Of a stretch of 64,000 nucleotides of DNA, positions 10,142-18,734 are shown in pieces; positions within the stretch are counted from its first letter, which is position 1, and each line of letters begins with the position of its first letter. The position numbers and the translations under genes are program-made. Where the stretch lies: contig JAWKNY010000003.1 in NCBI GenBank assembly GCA_041391485.1, forward strand, positions 104,360-168,359, given 5' to 3'. The notes under the pieces are model-generated. The model saw only the letters and a list, made by a program, of their open reading frames with translations. It was not told where the DNA came from and did not search any database. This DNA comes from Bdellovibrionota bacterium (lineage in GTDB: Bacteria; Bdellovibrionota; FAC87; UBA2466; JACKAF01).

Positions 10142-11254
10142 TTAGGAATTTTGAAGCAGATCTAGAATTTGCTCGCAGCTTGTCCCATCGCCGTAAGGGT
10201 TGGGGACTTTGGACATGGCCTCGTACGCGGAAGGATCATTGAGCAAGCGGGTGGTTTCGGTAATAATTTTTTCCCGCGAGGCTCCCACCAATTTTGCGGC
10301 GCCCGCGGTCACTCCCTCCGCGCGTTCGGTGGTCTCACGAAGTACCAGCAAAGGCTTGCCAAAAGTGGGCGCCTCTTCCTGCACACCGCCGGAATCAGTC
10401 AGAAGCAAATAACACCGCTGCATCATCCATAGAAATTCGTAGTAGCCTAATGGATCGATCAAAAAGATATTCGACACCCCAGCCAGGTTTTTGCGCGCGA
10501 CCGTAGAAACCGATGGGTTCGGGTGGACGGGTAACACAATCTGGACATTGGAGTCCGTTTCGGCGATCTCCTTGAACGCTCCCAGGATGTTGAGCAAAGG
10601 TTCTCCGAAGTTTTCACGTCGGTGAGTGGTTGCCAGAATGAGCTTCTTGCCGTTATCCAGGAATGAATACTTTTGCTCAAACTGCTTTGCGTACTTCTCC
10701 GTAACCAAGGGCAGGACTGTGTGAATCGCATCCACGATGGTGTTGCCCACCACGTAAACGTCTTTCTCAATTCCTTCTCGTTTTAGGTTACCCCGGTTGA
10801 TCTCGGTGGGCGCAAAGCGGTAATCGCAACTGTGATCAATCAGAACGCGGTTGATCTCCTCCGGAAAGGGCGCCGCCTTGTTCCAGGTGCGAAGGCCGGC
10901 CTCCACGTGGCCCACCCGAATCTGGGAATAAAAGGCCGCCAACGTTCCCGCGAGAGCTGAGGTCGTGTCTCCCTGGACCAATACCCAGTCGGGCTTTTCT
11001 GTAACAAGCAAGGGCGTCAGCTTGCGAAGCGTGGCCTCCATGATATCTACCGAAGTTTGATTTGGGCGCATGATGTCTAGATCGTGATCCTGACGGATCT
11101 CAAAATCGGCTAGCAACTGGTCGACCAGCTCTCGGTGTTGGCCCGTCGTACAGACTTGAAGCGAGAACGCGTCCGGTCGTTTTCTGAAGGCCTGGATCAA
11201 AGGCAAAAACTTGATGGCCTCTGGTCTCGTTCCAAAAACGACGAATACCTTCAT
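10142..11254 (-). CDS. wecB: UDP-N-acetylglucosamine 2-epimerase (non-hydrolysing)
   Basis: N-terminus MKVFVVFGTRPEAIKFLPLI and blocks HVEAGLRTWN, DSGGVQEEAPTFGKPLLVLRETTER typical of the WecB/MnaA family. Confidence 0.85.
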   Translation of the reverse strand: MKVFVVFGTRPEAIKFLPLIQAFRKRPDAFSLQVCTTGQHRELVDQLLADFEIRQDHDLDIMRPNQTSVDIMEATLRKLTPLLVTEKPDWVLVQGDTTSALAGTLAAFYSQIRVGHVEAGLRTWNKAAPFPEEINRVLIDHSCDYRFAPTEINRGNLKREGIEKDVYVVGNTIVDAIHTVLPLVTEKYAKQFEQKYSFLDNGKKLILATTHRRENFGEPLLNILGAFKEIAETDSNVQIVLPVHPNPSVSTVARKNLAGVSNIFLIDPLGYYEFLWMMQRCYLLLTDSGGVQEEAPTFGKPLLVLRETTERAEGVTAGAAKLVGASREKIITETTRLLNDPSAYEAMSKVPNPYGDGTSCEQILDLLQNS

Positions 11255-11285
11255 GATTCCCTCTCCCAGCTATTGAGCGAGTAAC

Positions 11286-13112
11286 TTAGTACAATCTGTT
11301 TAAGTAGTCCTGGTAGCGACTGACCACCACTTTTCGCTTCACTTTTAGCGAGGGGGTCAGCTCCCCGGTTTCCGGTGTCCAGTCGTTGGGGAGGATCGCG
11401 ATTTTTTTTACCGATTCAAAACTGGCGAGCTTCTTGTTGGCTTCGGCCAACTCGCCATCAATGAGTTCGCGGATCTTGGGATGGTTCACCAGTTCCTGGA
11501 AACTGACGTCACTCAGCTCGTGACTCTTCGCCCAGCCCAGCACGTTTTCTTCGTTCAGTGTAACGAGGGCGGTGATGTACTTTTTCTTGTCGCCAAAAGC
11601 CATCGCGTTGCTGATGAACGGACTCAACTTCAAGAGGTTTTCAAGCTTTTGGGGAGCAATGTTTTTGCCGCCCGCCGTAACGATCAGCTCCTTCTTTCGA
11701 TCCGTGATCTTTAGAAAACCTCGGGAGTCGATTTCACCGATGTCTCCGGTCCTAAACCAACCATCCTCAGACAGCGAGGCTTCGGTCGCTTCGGGGTTTT
11801 GGAAGTAGCCTTTGAAAACTTGCGGGCCTTTGAGCAGAATCTCCCCGTCATCTGCGATTTTCACCTGCGCGGTGCCGATGGGGATACCTACCGTACCAAA
11901 GCGGTAGTCGTCGGGACGGTTTACAAAAATGGGACCCAAGGTTTCGGTCAGGCCGTAGCCCTCCAAAATCTTGATGCCGCAGGCATGGAAAAATTCGCAC
12001 AGGTCTTGTGCCAGCGGGGCGCCACCGGACGCGGTGAGCTTGATCTTTCCGCCCAGTTTGTTGCGGATTTTAGAAAAGACGAGGCGATCCGCCACCTGAT
12101 ACTTCATTTGCAACGTTAGCGGAATGGGTTCTTTTTCGGATCGCATGCGAGCCACCTGGCGTCCCACCGCCTGAGCCCAAGCAAAGATGTTCTGCTTGAT
12201 AGGCGATCCCCCGTCGACATCGCTGCGGATCTTGTCAAAAATCTTTTCGTAGATGCGCGGCACGCTAATCAAAATAGTCGGCTGCACTTCCTGAATATTG
12301 CGCGAAACAGAGTTGATGTCTTCTGCGTAAGCGCCTCGGATGCCCGCAAAAATAGGAGCGAGACTATCGACGCGTCCGAGAATGTGCGATAGCGGCAAGA
12401 AAGTCATCAGCGTGTCGTCAGCCGTCAGATCGATTTCATCCACAACCATCCGCAGTGCCGACGCAAAATTGTAATGGGTCAGCATGGCCCCTTTGGGCTG
12501 CCCAGTTGTTCCCGACGTGTAAACAATGGAAGCGAGGTCCTCGGGTTCTACCAACTCGGATTTTGCTTTCCATTCCTTCCTGGCGGCGTCGTCAACCGGC
12601 TGGAAGCCCCACTCCTTATAACCTTGTGCTTCCAGAGAGCCGGCGCTAATCGCGTCATCTTTAAAGGTGACAAGCGGGACGTTGCGTTTTGCCAACGCGA
12701 ATATTTCTCCCGCTTTGGCAAGTAGCTTCAGGTCTCCCACAAACATCAGCTTGGCGTCACTGTTCTCCAAAACAAAAGCGGCGTCTTCGGGCGTGCTAGA
12801 GGGGTAAATAGGAACGGTGACGAGGCCCAGTGACAGCAAAGCCATGTCGACGATATTCCACCGAGGCTCGGTGTGTGCCATGATGGCGACCCGGTCTCCT
12901 TTTTGGAGACCCATTGCGAGAAGCCCTTTTGCGACGCCGAGTACTTCTTTGTGAATAGTTTCCCAAGTGATCGCTTGGTACTGCCCATCGATCTTGACCA
13001 AATGTGCGGTCGCTTCCGGTGTGGCTTCTTGTCGCTGCCTATAAGCTTCTGCAACCGAATTGCCATCTACTGATACTGATGCGTTTTGGTGTTCCATAAC
13101 TTCCGCCCCCAC
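11286..13112 (-). CDS. long-chain fatty acid--CoA ligase (AMP-dependent synthetase)
   Basis: AMP-binding motif IVYTSGTTGQPKGAMLTH; GYGLTET; 608 aa; C-terminal ...WTPETGELTPSLKVKRKVV typical of FadD-like ligases. Confidence 0.8.
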   Translation of the reverse strand: MGAEVMEHQNASVSVDGNSVAEAYRQRQEATPEATAHLVKIDGQYQAITWETIHKEVLGVAKGLLAMGLQKGDRVAIMAHTEPRWNIVDMALLSLGLVTVPIYPSSTPEDAAFVLENSDAKLMFVGDLKLLAKAGEIFALAKRNVPLVTFKDDAISAGSLEAQGYKEWGFQPVDDAARKEWKAKSELVEPEDLASIVYTSGTTGQPKGAMLTHYNFASALRMVVDEIDLTADDTLMTFLPLSHILGRVDSLAPIFAGIRGAYAEDINSVSRNIQEVQPTILISVPRIYEKIFDKIRSDVDGGSPIKQNIFAWAQAVGRQVARMRSEKEPIPLTLQMKYQVADRLVFSKIRNKLGGKIKLTASGGAPLAQDLCEFFHACGIKILEGYGLTETLGPIFVNRPDDYRFGTVGIPIGTAQVKIADDGEILLKGPQVFKGYFQNPEATEASLSEDGWFRTGDIGEIDSRGFLKITDRKKELIVTAGGKNIAPQKLENLLKLSPFISNAMAFGDKKKYITALVTLNEENVLGWAKSHELSDVSFQELVNHPKIRELIDGELAEANKKLASFESVKKIAILPNDWTPETGELTPSLKVKRKVVVSRYQDYLNRLY

Positions 13113-13165
13113 TCGCCTTACTGGACATTACTCGTCCGATTCAATCCCTGCTGCTCCGCAGCTTA

Positions 13166-14080
13166 ATGCAAAGCACAAGAATTGAAAAGACTGAGACTCT
13201 CAGCACCGCTTTTGCAAGGGCTCAGAGTAAACGGGCGTTGGTGGGTGAGTTTTCTCGAGGGAGACATTTGAACGGACTCGTCTTCTTATTTTGCTTTCTC
13301 CTGGTGTGGGGAGCTGGGGCAATGACGACGCGATGCGTCTGGCGGCGTTACCGCTTTTCGGCGCACACTTGGCTGAGCCAAATTCAAAGACGGCGATTCC
13401 TTTTTGCTGTCTGGTCGGGCCTGGCGCTCGCCGGATCGGGTTGTGTTGGAATTGTTTTCGCTAGGCCGTTTCTCGGTTCCGCAGTTTTGCTTTTGGTCCC
13501 GCTTCTCGTCCGAGCTTCGTACGCGATTCAGGAAGACTGGAGTGGGAGCCGTTTGCAAGAATCGGCCTTGGCTTTCTTCACGCTTCTTCGAGTTCTGGTG
13601 AGTGAGGGAGATCCACTCCCACAGGCGCTGTTTCACGTTGCCCACCGACTGCGCAGTCCTTTTGCGCAACACCTGAGTCAAAGTCTCGCGGCGTTCGAAA
13701 GAGGGAGGAGTTTGTCCCAGTGTTTGGAGCGCTTCCAGTCCCGCTACCCCAAGGGGACGGCGGTTTACTGGGTGGTACTTCTGGAGCGTGCGTACCGGCA
13801 GGGCCTACCGGTTCTATCGCTTCTGAAAAGCGCGTGCGTTTTATTGGAGGCTGAAAATCTGGGTCAGCAAAAAGCGCGGCGTGCGCGTCGCTGGGCGATG
13901 GGGCAGGCGGGGACGGCCGCCCTGTTGCCCTGGTTGTTGTTGGCTGTTTATGGGGTTTTTCAACCTGTGCTCTTGGATTCCTTCTGGAACACGCAAGCGG
14001 GTCCCGTCTGTTTAGCGGTCGCTTTTGTGACCCAGCTTGCGGGAGGGTGGGTGCTGTGGAAACTCGCTCGTTTTTATTGA
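13166..14080 (+). CDS. membrane protein with T2SS-F/TadB-like domain (putative)
   Basis: Multiple TM helices; a cytoplasmic helical block LRVLVSEGDPLPQALFHVAHRL...LSQSLAAFERGRSLSQCLERF resembles GspF/TadB-TadC repeats; locally elevated GC. Confidence 0.35.
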   Translation: MQSTRIEKTETLSTAFARAQSKRALVGEFSRGRHLNGLVFLFCFLLVWGAGAMTTRCVWRRYRFSAHTWLSQIQRRRFLFAVWSGLALAGSGCVGIVFARPFLGSAVLLLVPLLVRASYAIQEDWSGSRLQESALAFFTLLRVLVSEGDPLPQALFHVAHRLRSPFAQHLSQSLAAFERGRSLSQCLERFQSRYPKGTAVYWVVLLERAYRQGLPVLSLLKSACVLLEAENLGQQKARRARRWAMGQAGTAALLPWLLLAVYGVFQPVLLDSFWNTQAGPVCLAVAFVTQLAGGWVLWKLARFY

Positions 14081-14508
14081 GGCCTACGTCGCGGCGGTTT
14101 CGGCGCCGGTTGTGGGACAGAATTCTGGCCGTCGAAATGGTGCGTGCCTTCCTGGACGGTGGCTTCGAACTCCGCTACGCCTGCGGTCAACTCGGGCGGC
14201 AACTGGCGAGACGGGCCGCCGATCGCGACCTGCCGCGCACTCCCGCCGCGCTTTTTGATGGTAGCGATTTCCCGCCCCACCTGAGGGACGCGCTCGGCGT
14301 GGTGGAAGCCCTTTATAAAGAGGGGCACCCGGTGCGATCGGTGCTGGGCCAGTTGTCCGATCTCCTGATGCGCGAGCATGAGGCCGCTGTCGAGGCGTTT
14401 TCGCAGACGCTACGGGCGCGATTGGGTGGGGCGACGCTCTTCCTTTTTCTACCGCCCGCTCTGCTTTTGCTATTGGCCCCTTTGTGCCTCGCTTTGTCGC
14501 GATTCTAG
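14047..14508 (+). CDS. membrane protein with T2SS-F/TadC-like domain (putative)
   Basis: Similar helical block (LRDALGVVEALYKEGHPVRSVLGQLSDLL...) then a C-terminal TM helix; overlaps upstream ORF; GC-rich. Confidence 0.3.
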   Translation: MGAVETRSFLLRPTSRRFRRRLWDRILAVEMVRAFLDGGFELRYACGQLGRQLARRAADRDLPRTPAALFDGSDFPPHLRDALGVVEALYKEGHPVRSVLGQLSDLLMREHEAAVEAFSQTLRARLGGATLFLFLPPALLLLLAPLCLALSRF

Positions 14509-14616
14509 GGGGACGCAAACTTTGCCGGACCCACAAACTATGGTAGCTATAACCTGCCGATAATTATAGGGCATCCGACAGCGCTAGCGGGATGTAGAGA
14601 GACGAAGGAGAGTGCT

Positions 14617-15945
14617 TTGGCAAAGAAGTCCGGGGCGGATCAGCGTATGCAGGCCCTTGTGTCCTTGTGTAAACGACGGGGTTTTATCTTCCAATCCAGC
14701 GAGATCTACGGCGGGCTAAACGGTTGCTGGGATTACGGTCCGCTCGGCGTTGAGCTTAAGCGAAATGTAAAAGAAGCCTGGTGGCGCGACATGGTCATGA
14801 GGCGAACCGACGTTGTCGGTCTTGATTGCAGCATTCTCATGAACCCCCGTACCTGGGAGGCCTCCGGGCACGTCTCGTCCTTTACCGATCCCATGGTGGA
14901 CTGTCTGCAATGCAAGAGTCGGTTGCGCGCCGATCAGCTGGAGAACAACCAGTGCCCGGTCTGCGGCACAAAAGACAAATTTACCGACGTTCGACAATTT
15001 AACCTGATGTTCAAGACGCACGTAGGGGCGCTGGAAGACAGCAGTTCGGTCGCTTACTTGCGTCCTGAAACCTGCCAGGGCATTTTTGTTAATTTTCAAA
15101 ACGTTTTGAGCAGTACGCGAGTGAAACCCCCTTTTGGCATCGCCCAGATAGGTAAGGCTTTTAGAAACGAGATCAACCCGCGCAATTTCACGTTCCGATC
15201 GAGAGAGTTTGAGCAGATGGAGATCGAGTTCTTCGTGAAGCCTGATGAGGCGCCCCAGTGGTTTGATCATTGGAAAAAGACGCGCTACGAGTGGTACCTG
15301 AGTTACGGGATAAAAAAAGAAAACCTTCACTTGCGCGATCATGAATCCAGCGAGCTGGCGCACTACGCCGCGGGCTGCGTGGACATTGAATACGATTTCC
15401 CGTTTGGGCGGGCCGAGCTAGAGGGCATTGCCAACCGCACGGACTACGATCTGAAGCGGCACTCTGAGTTTTCTAAAAAGGACTTGAGTTACTCCGATCC
15501 CGAAGCCAAACAACGGTACTTCCCTTATGTGATTGAACCGTCGGCTGGAGCGGATCGCGGGACGCTGGCCTTCTTGACTGATGCCTACGCCGAAGAGGCG
15601 GAACGAACGGTCATGCGTTTTCACCCGCGGCTGGCTCCCATCAAGGCAGCCGTATTTCCCTTGGTGAACAAGGACGGCATGCCGGAAATGGCGGAGAAGG
15701 TCTTTGCCGATCTCGCTTCGGAGTGGAACTGTTTTTACGATGACAAGGGCGCTATTGGACGCCGGTACCGACGACAGGACGAAGTAGGTACGCCATTTTG
15801 CATCACCATTGACGGGGAGACCGGAAAGTCAAATGTAGTGACTGTGCGTGAGCGTGACTCCATGACGCAAAAGACAGTGGCGATGGATCAGCTCAAAGGG
15901 TTTTTGCGGGAACGTCTTAGCGGAGAAAAAGAATGGGAAGCTTAG
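14617..15945 (+). CDS. glyQS: glycine--tRNA ligase, single-chain alpha2 type
   Basis: Class II aaRS; N-terminus KRRGFIFQSSEIYGGLNGCWDYGPLGVELKRN; 442 aa; zinc-knuckle CLQCKSR...CPVCG. Confidence 0.85.
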   Translation: MAKKSGADQRMQALVSLCKRRGFIFQSSEIYGGLNGCWDYGPLGVELKRNVKEAWWRDMVMRRTDVVGLDCSILMNPRTWEASGHVSSFTDPMVDCLQCKSRLRADQLENNQCPVCGTKDKFTDVRQFNLMFKTHVGALEDSSSVAYLRPETCQGIFVNFQNVLSSTRVKPPFGIAQIGKAFRNEINPRNFTFRSREFEQMEIEFFVKPDEAPQWFDHWKKTRYEWYLSYGIKKENLHLRDHESSELAHYAAGCVDIEYDFPFGRAELEGIANRTDYDLKRHSEFSKKDLSYSDPEAKQRYFPYVIEPSAGADRGTLAFLTDAYAEEAERTVMRFHPRLAPIKAAVFPLVNKDGMPEMAEKVFADLASEWNCFYDDKGAIGRRYRRQDEVGTPFCITIDGETGKSNVVTVRERDSMTQKTVAMDQLKGFLRERLSGEKEWEA

Positions 15946-18581
15946 TCTACTACTTTGGTGATGGTAGCGCCGACGGCAAGGCCGACATGAAAAACTTGTT
16001 GGGCGGCAAAGGGGCCAACCTCGCCGAAATGACCCGCTTGGGTTTGCCGGTTCCTCCGGGTTTTACGGTAACGACGGAAATCTGCACGCACTTTTACCAA
16101 AACGACAAGAAGTACCCCGATGCTCTCAAGGCGGAAGTGGCTGCCGCCCTGAAGAAGATGGAAAAAAGTGTGGGAGCGGAGTTTGGATCGGCCGAGAACC
16201 CGTTGCTGGTCTCGGTACGCTCCGGTGCTCGGGTTAGCATGCCCGGGATGATGGACACGATCTTGAATTTGGGTTTGAACGACGAGACCGTAAAAGGTCT
16301 AGCCTCCCAATCGGGAGACGAACGTTTCGCCTTTGATGCCTACCGACGTTTTATCCAGATGTATGCGGACGTGGTGCTAGAAGTGCCATCGTACCAATTT
16401 GAGACTGTGCTCACGCGGTACAGACGCGAGGCGGGGGTGCAAACCGATGCCGAGCTATCCGCCTCGGCGCTCAAAAAGATTGTCGCAGAATTTAAAGAGA
16501 TCGTGCGCAGCTCGCAGAAGCAGGCATTTCCCGAATCTGTCGAGGAGCAACTGTGGGGAGCCATGGGCGCCGTCTTTGGTTCGTGGATGTCCAACCGAGC
16601 CAAAAGTTACCGCCGCATCAACTCGATCCCTGAAGACTGGGGAACCGCCGTCAATGTCCAGGCGATGGTTTTTGGAAACATGGGCAATGATTGTGCGACG
16701 GGCGTGGCCTTTACACGGGATCCGTCTACCGGAGAGAAAAGATTCTTTGGTGAGTTTTTGCCGAATGCGCAGGGCGAGGACGTGGTTGCGGGAATCCGCA
16801 CTCCCCAGCCTATTAACGCGGCTACCGCCGGTAAGAGCGCGCTGCCGACAATGGAGAAGCAGTTTCCCGAAGTGTACGCGGAATTGGTGAAGACCTACGA
16901 GAGGCTTGAGAAGCATTACCGTGACATGCAGGATATTGAGTTCACCGTCCAGAAGAACAAGCTTTACCTACTGCAAACCCGCACGGGGAAGCGAACGGCT
17001 TCGGCAGCCGTGCGCATCGCGGTCGACATGGTCGGTGAGAAGCTGATTAGTGAAAAAGAAGCTATTCTGCGTATCGATCCGCAGCAAGTAGAGCAGCTTT
17101 TGCACCCGCGCTTAGATCCGCGAGCGCCTAAAGAGGTTATCGCAAAGGGGCTTGCGGCCTCCCCTGGAGCGGCAAGCGGCGAAGTGGTGTTCTCGTCGGA
17201 GGATGCGGAACGCCGCAGCCATGAAGGTGCTTCTGTGATTTTGGTCCGTCACGAAACCTCCCCGGAAGACATCGCGGGTATGGACGCCGCCAAAGGGATT
17301 CTGACGGCGTTGGGTGGGCTCACTTCGCATGCGGCTGTTGTCGCGCGCGGGATGGGACGGCCTTGCGTAGCCGGGTGTGGTGAACTCGAAATTGATTATG
17401 GCCGACAGTGCTTCAGTGTGGGCGGTGTTACCGTACAAAGAGGCGACCAGATCACGATCGACGGCGCTACGGGAGAGGTTTTCCTGGGCCACGTTCCTAC
17501 TATTAATAGTCAGGTCGACGAGTACTTCGGCAAACTCATGAAGTGGGTAGACGGCTGTCGTCGAATGGGAGTGCGCGCCAATGCCGAAACACCAAACGAT
17601 GTTCGGGTCGCAAGACAGTTTGGTGCTGAAGGTGTGGGGCTCTGCCGCACGGAGCACATGTTCTTTGGTGAGAATCGCATCGCGGCGATGCGTGAGATGA
17701 TCTTGGCCATGAATAAAGAGGATCGCGAAGTCGCACTCGCCAAGCTCTTTCCCATGCAGAAGGATGATTTTCGCGAAATCTTCCGAGCGATGAAGGGCTT
17801 TCCCGTTACGATCCGGCTTTTGGATCCGCCGCTGCACGAGTTTCTTCCGCACGACGGTGGGATCGATGAGCTGGCGGCGACCATCAAAGTCTCTACCGAG
17901 GTTTTGAAGGCCCGCATCCGCGCGCTCAAGGAAAATAACCCAATGCTGGGCCACCGCGGTTGCCGGCTTGCGGTCTCCTACCCGGAAATCTACGAAATGC
18001 AGGCGCGCGCGATAGTCGAGGCGGCGGCTGAGCTGGTGCTCGGCGAGCGGTATGAGATTCAACCCGAAATCATGATTCCCTTTGTGAGTTCTGTCGAAGA
18101 GCTGCGCCAGATCAAGAAAAGCTTAGTCGCGGTTTGCGATCGCGTGCTCGAAGAGAAGGGCGTGAAGCTGAACTACTCCATCGGGACCATGATTGAGATC
18201 CCGCGCGCGGCTTTGCTGGCGGACCAGATTGCCAAAGAGGCGGAGTTCTTTTCTTTCGGCACGAATGATCTCACGCAGATGAGTCTCGGGCTGTCCCGTG
18301 ACGATGCGGGCTCGTTTCTGCCTCGGTATGTGGATTTGCGCATTTTCCCCGCCGATCCCTTTGTGAGCCTTGACCAAAGTGGGGTCGGGCAGCTCGTACA
18401 GATGGGGCTCGAAAAGGGGCGGGCGACGAATGCCAAGCTAAAGGCCGGCATCTGCGGCGAGCATGGGGGCGATCCGCAGAGTATCGCGTTCTGCCAGCAG
18501 GTGGGGCTGGATTATGTGAGCTGCTCGCCGTTCCGAGTGCCGGTGGCGAGGCTGGCGGCCGCACAGGCCGCTTTGCGCTAA
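15933..18581 (+). CDS. ppdK: pyruvate, phosphate dikinase
   Basis: 882 aa; N-terminal ATP-grasp GGKGANLAEMTRLGLPVPPGFTVTTE; phospho-His domain GGLTSHAAVVARGMGRPCVAG; PEP-utilising C-terminal GICGEHGGDP. Confidence 0.9.
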   Translation: MGSLVYYFGDGSADGKADMKNLLGGKGANLAEMTRLGLPVPPGFTVTTEICTHFYQNDKKYPDALKAEVAAALKKMEKSVGAEFGSAENPLLVSVRSGARVSMPGMMDTILNLGLNDETVKGLASQSGDERFAFDAYRRFIQMYADVVLEVPSYQFETVLTRYRREAGVQTDAELSASALKKIVAEFKEIVRSSQKQAFPESVEEQLWGAMGAVFGSWMSNRAKSYRRINSIPEDWGTAVNVQAMVFGNMGNDCATGVAFTRDPSTGEKRFFGEFLPNAQGEDVVAGIRTPQPINAATAGKSALPTMEKQFPEVYAELVKTYERLEKHYRDMQDIEFTVQKNKLYLLQTRTGKRTASAAVRIAVDMVGEKLISEKEAILRIDPQQVEQLLHPRLDPRAPKEVIAKGLAASPGAASGEVVFSSEDAERRSHEGASVILVRHETSPEDIAGMDAAKGILTALGGLTSHAAVVARGMGRPCVAGCGELEIDYGRQCFSVGGVTVQRGDQITIDGATGEVFLGHVPTINSQVDEYFGKLMKWVDGCRRMGVRANAETPNDVRVARQFGAEGVGLCRTEHMFFGENRIAAMREMILAMNKEDREVALAKLFPMQKDDFREIFRAMKGFPVTIRLLDPPLHEFLPHDGGIDELAATIKVSTEVLKARIRALKENNPMLGHRGCRLAVSYPEIYEMQARAIVEAAAELVLGERYEIQPEIMIPFVSSVEELRQIKKSLVAVCDRVLEEKGVKLNYSIGTMIEIPRAALLADQIAKEAEFFSFGTNDLTQMSLGLSRDDAGSFLPRYVDLRIFPADPFVSLDQSGVGQLVQMGLEKGRATNAKLKAGICGEHGGDPQSIAFCQQVGLDYVSCSPFRVPVARLAAAQAALR

Positions 18582-18734
18582 GCTTACAAATGCGCGGTCG
18601 GCCCTTTTCCATCTGGACGGCCACCCTGGTGGCTTGTAGTATTATCAGCAACTTATACCACGGCACGGTACTTGAGTTGATCTCAACGGTCCCATTCATA
18701 TAAAAGAGTGTAAGTCTTAGGGGAAAGCAGGCGA

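Noticed and set aside
17112-18062. 316-aa minus-strand ORF (also 16455..16916, 18271..18699)
   Set aside because: Antisense to the well-supported ppdK gene; Arg-rich shadow ORFs typical of high-GC DNA
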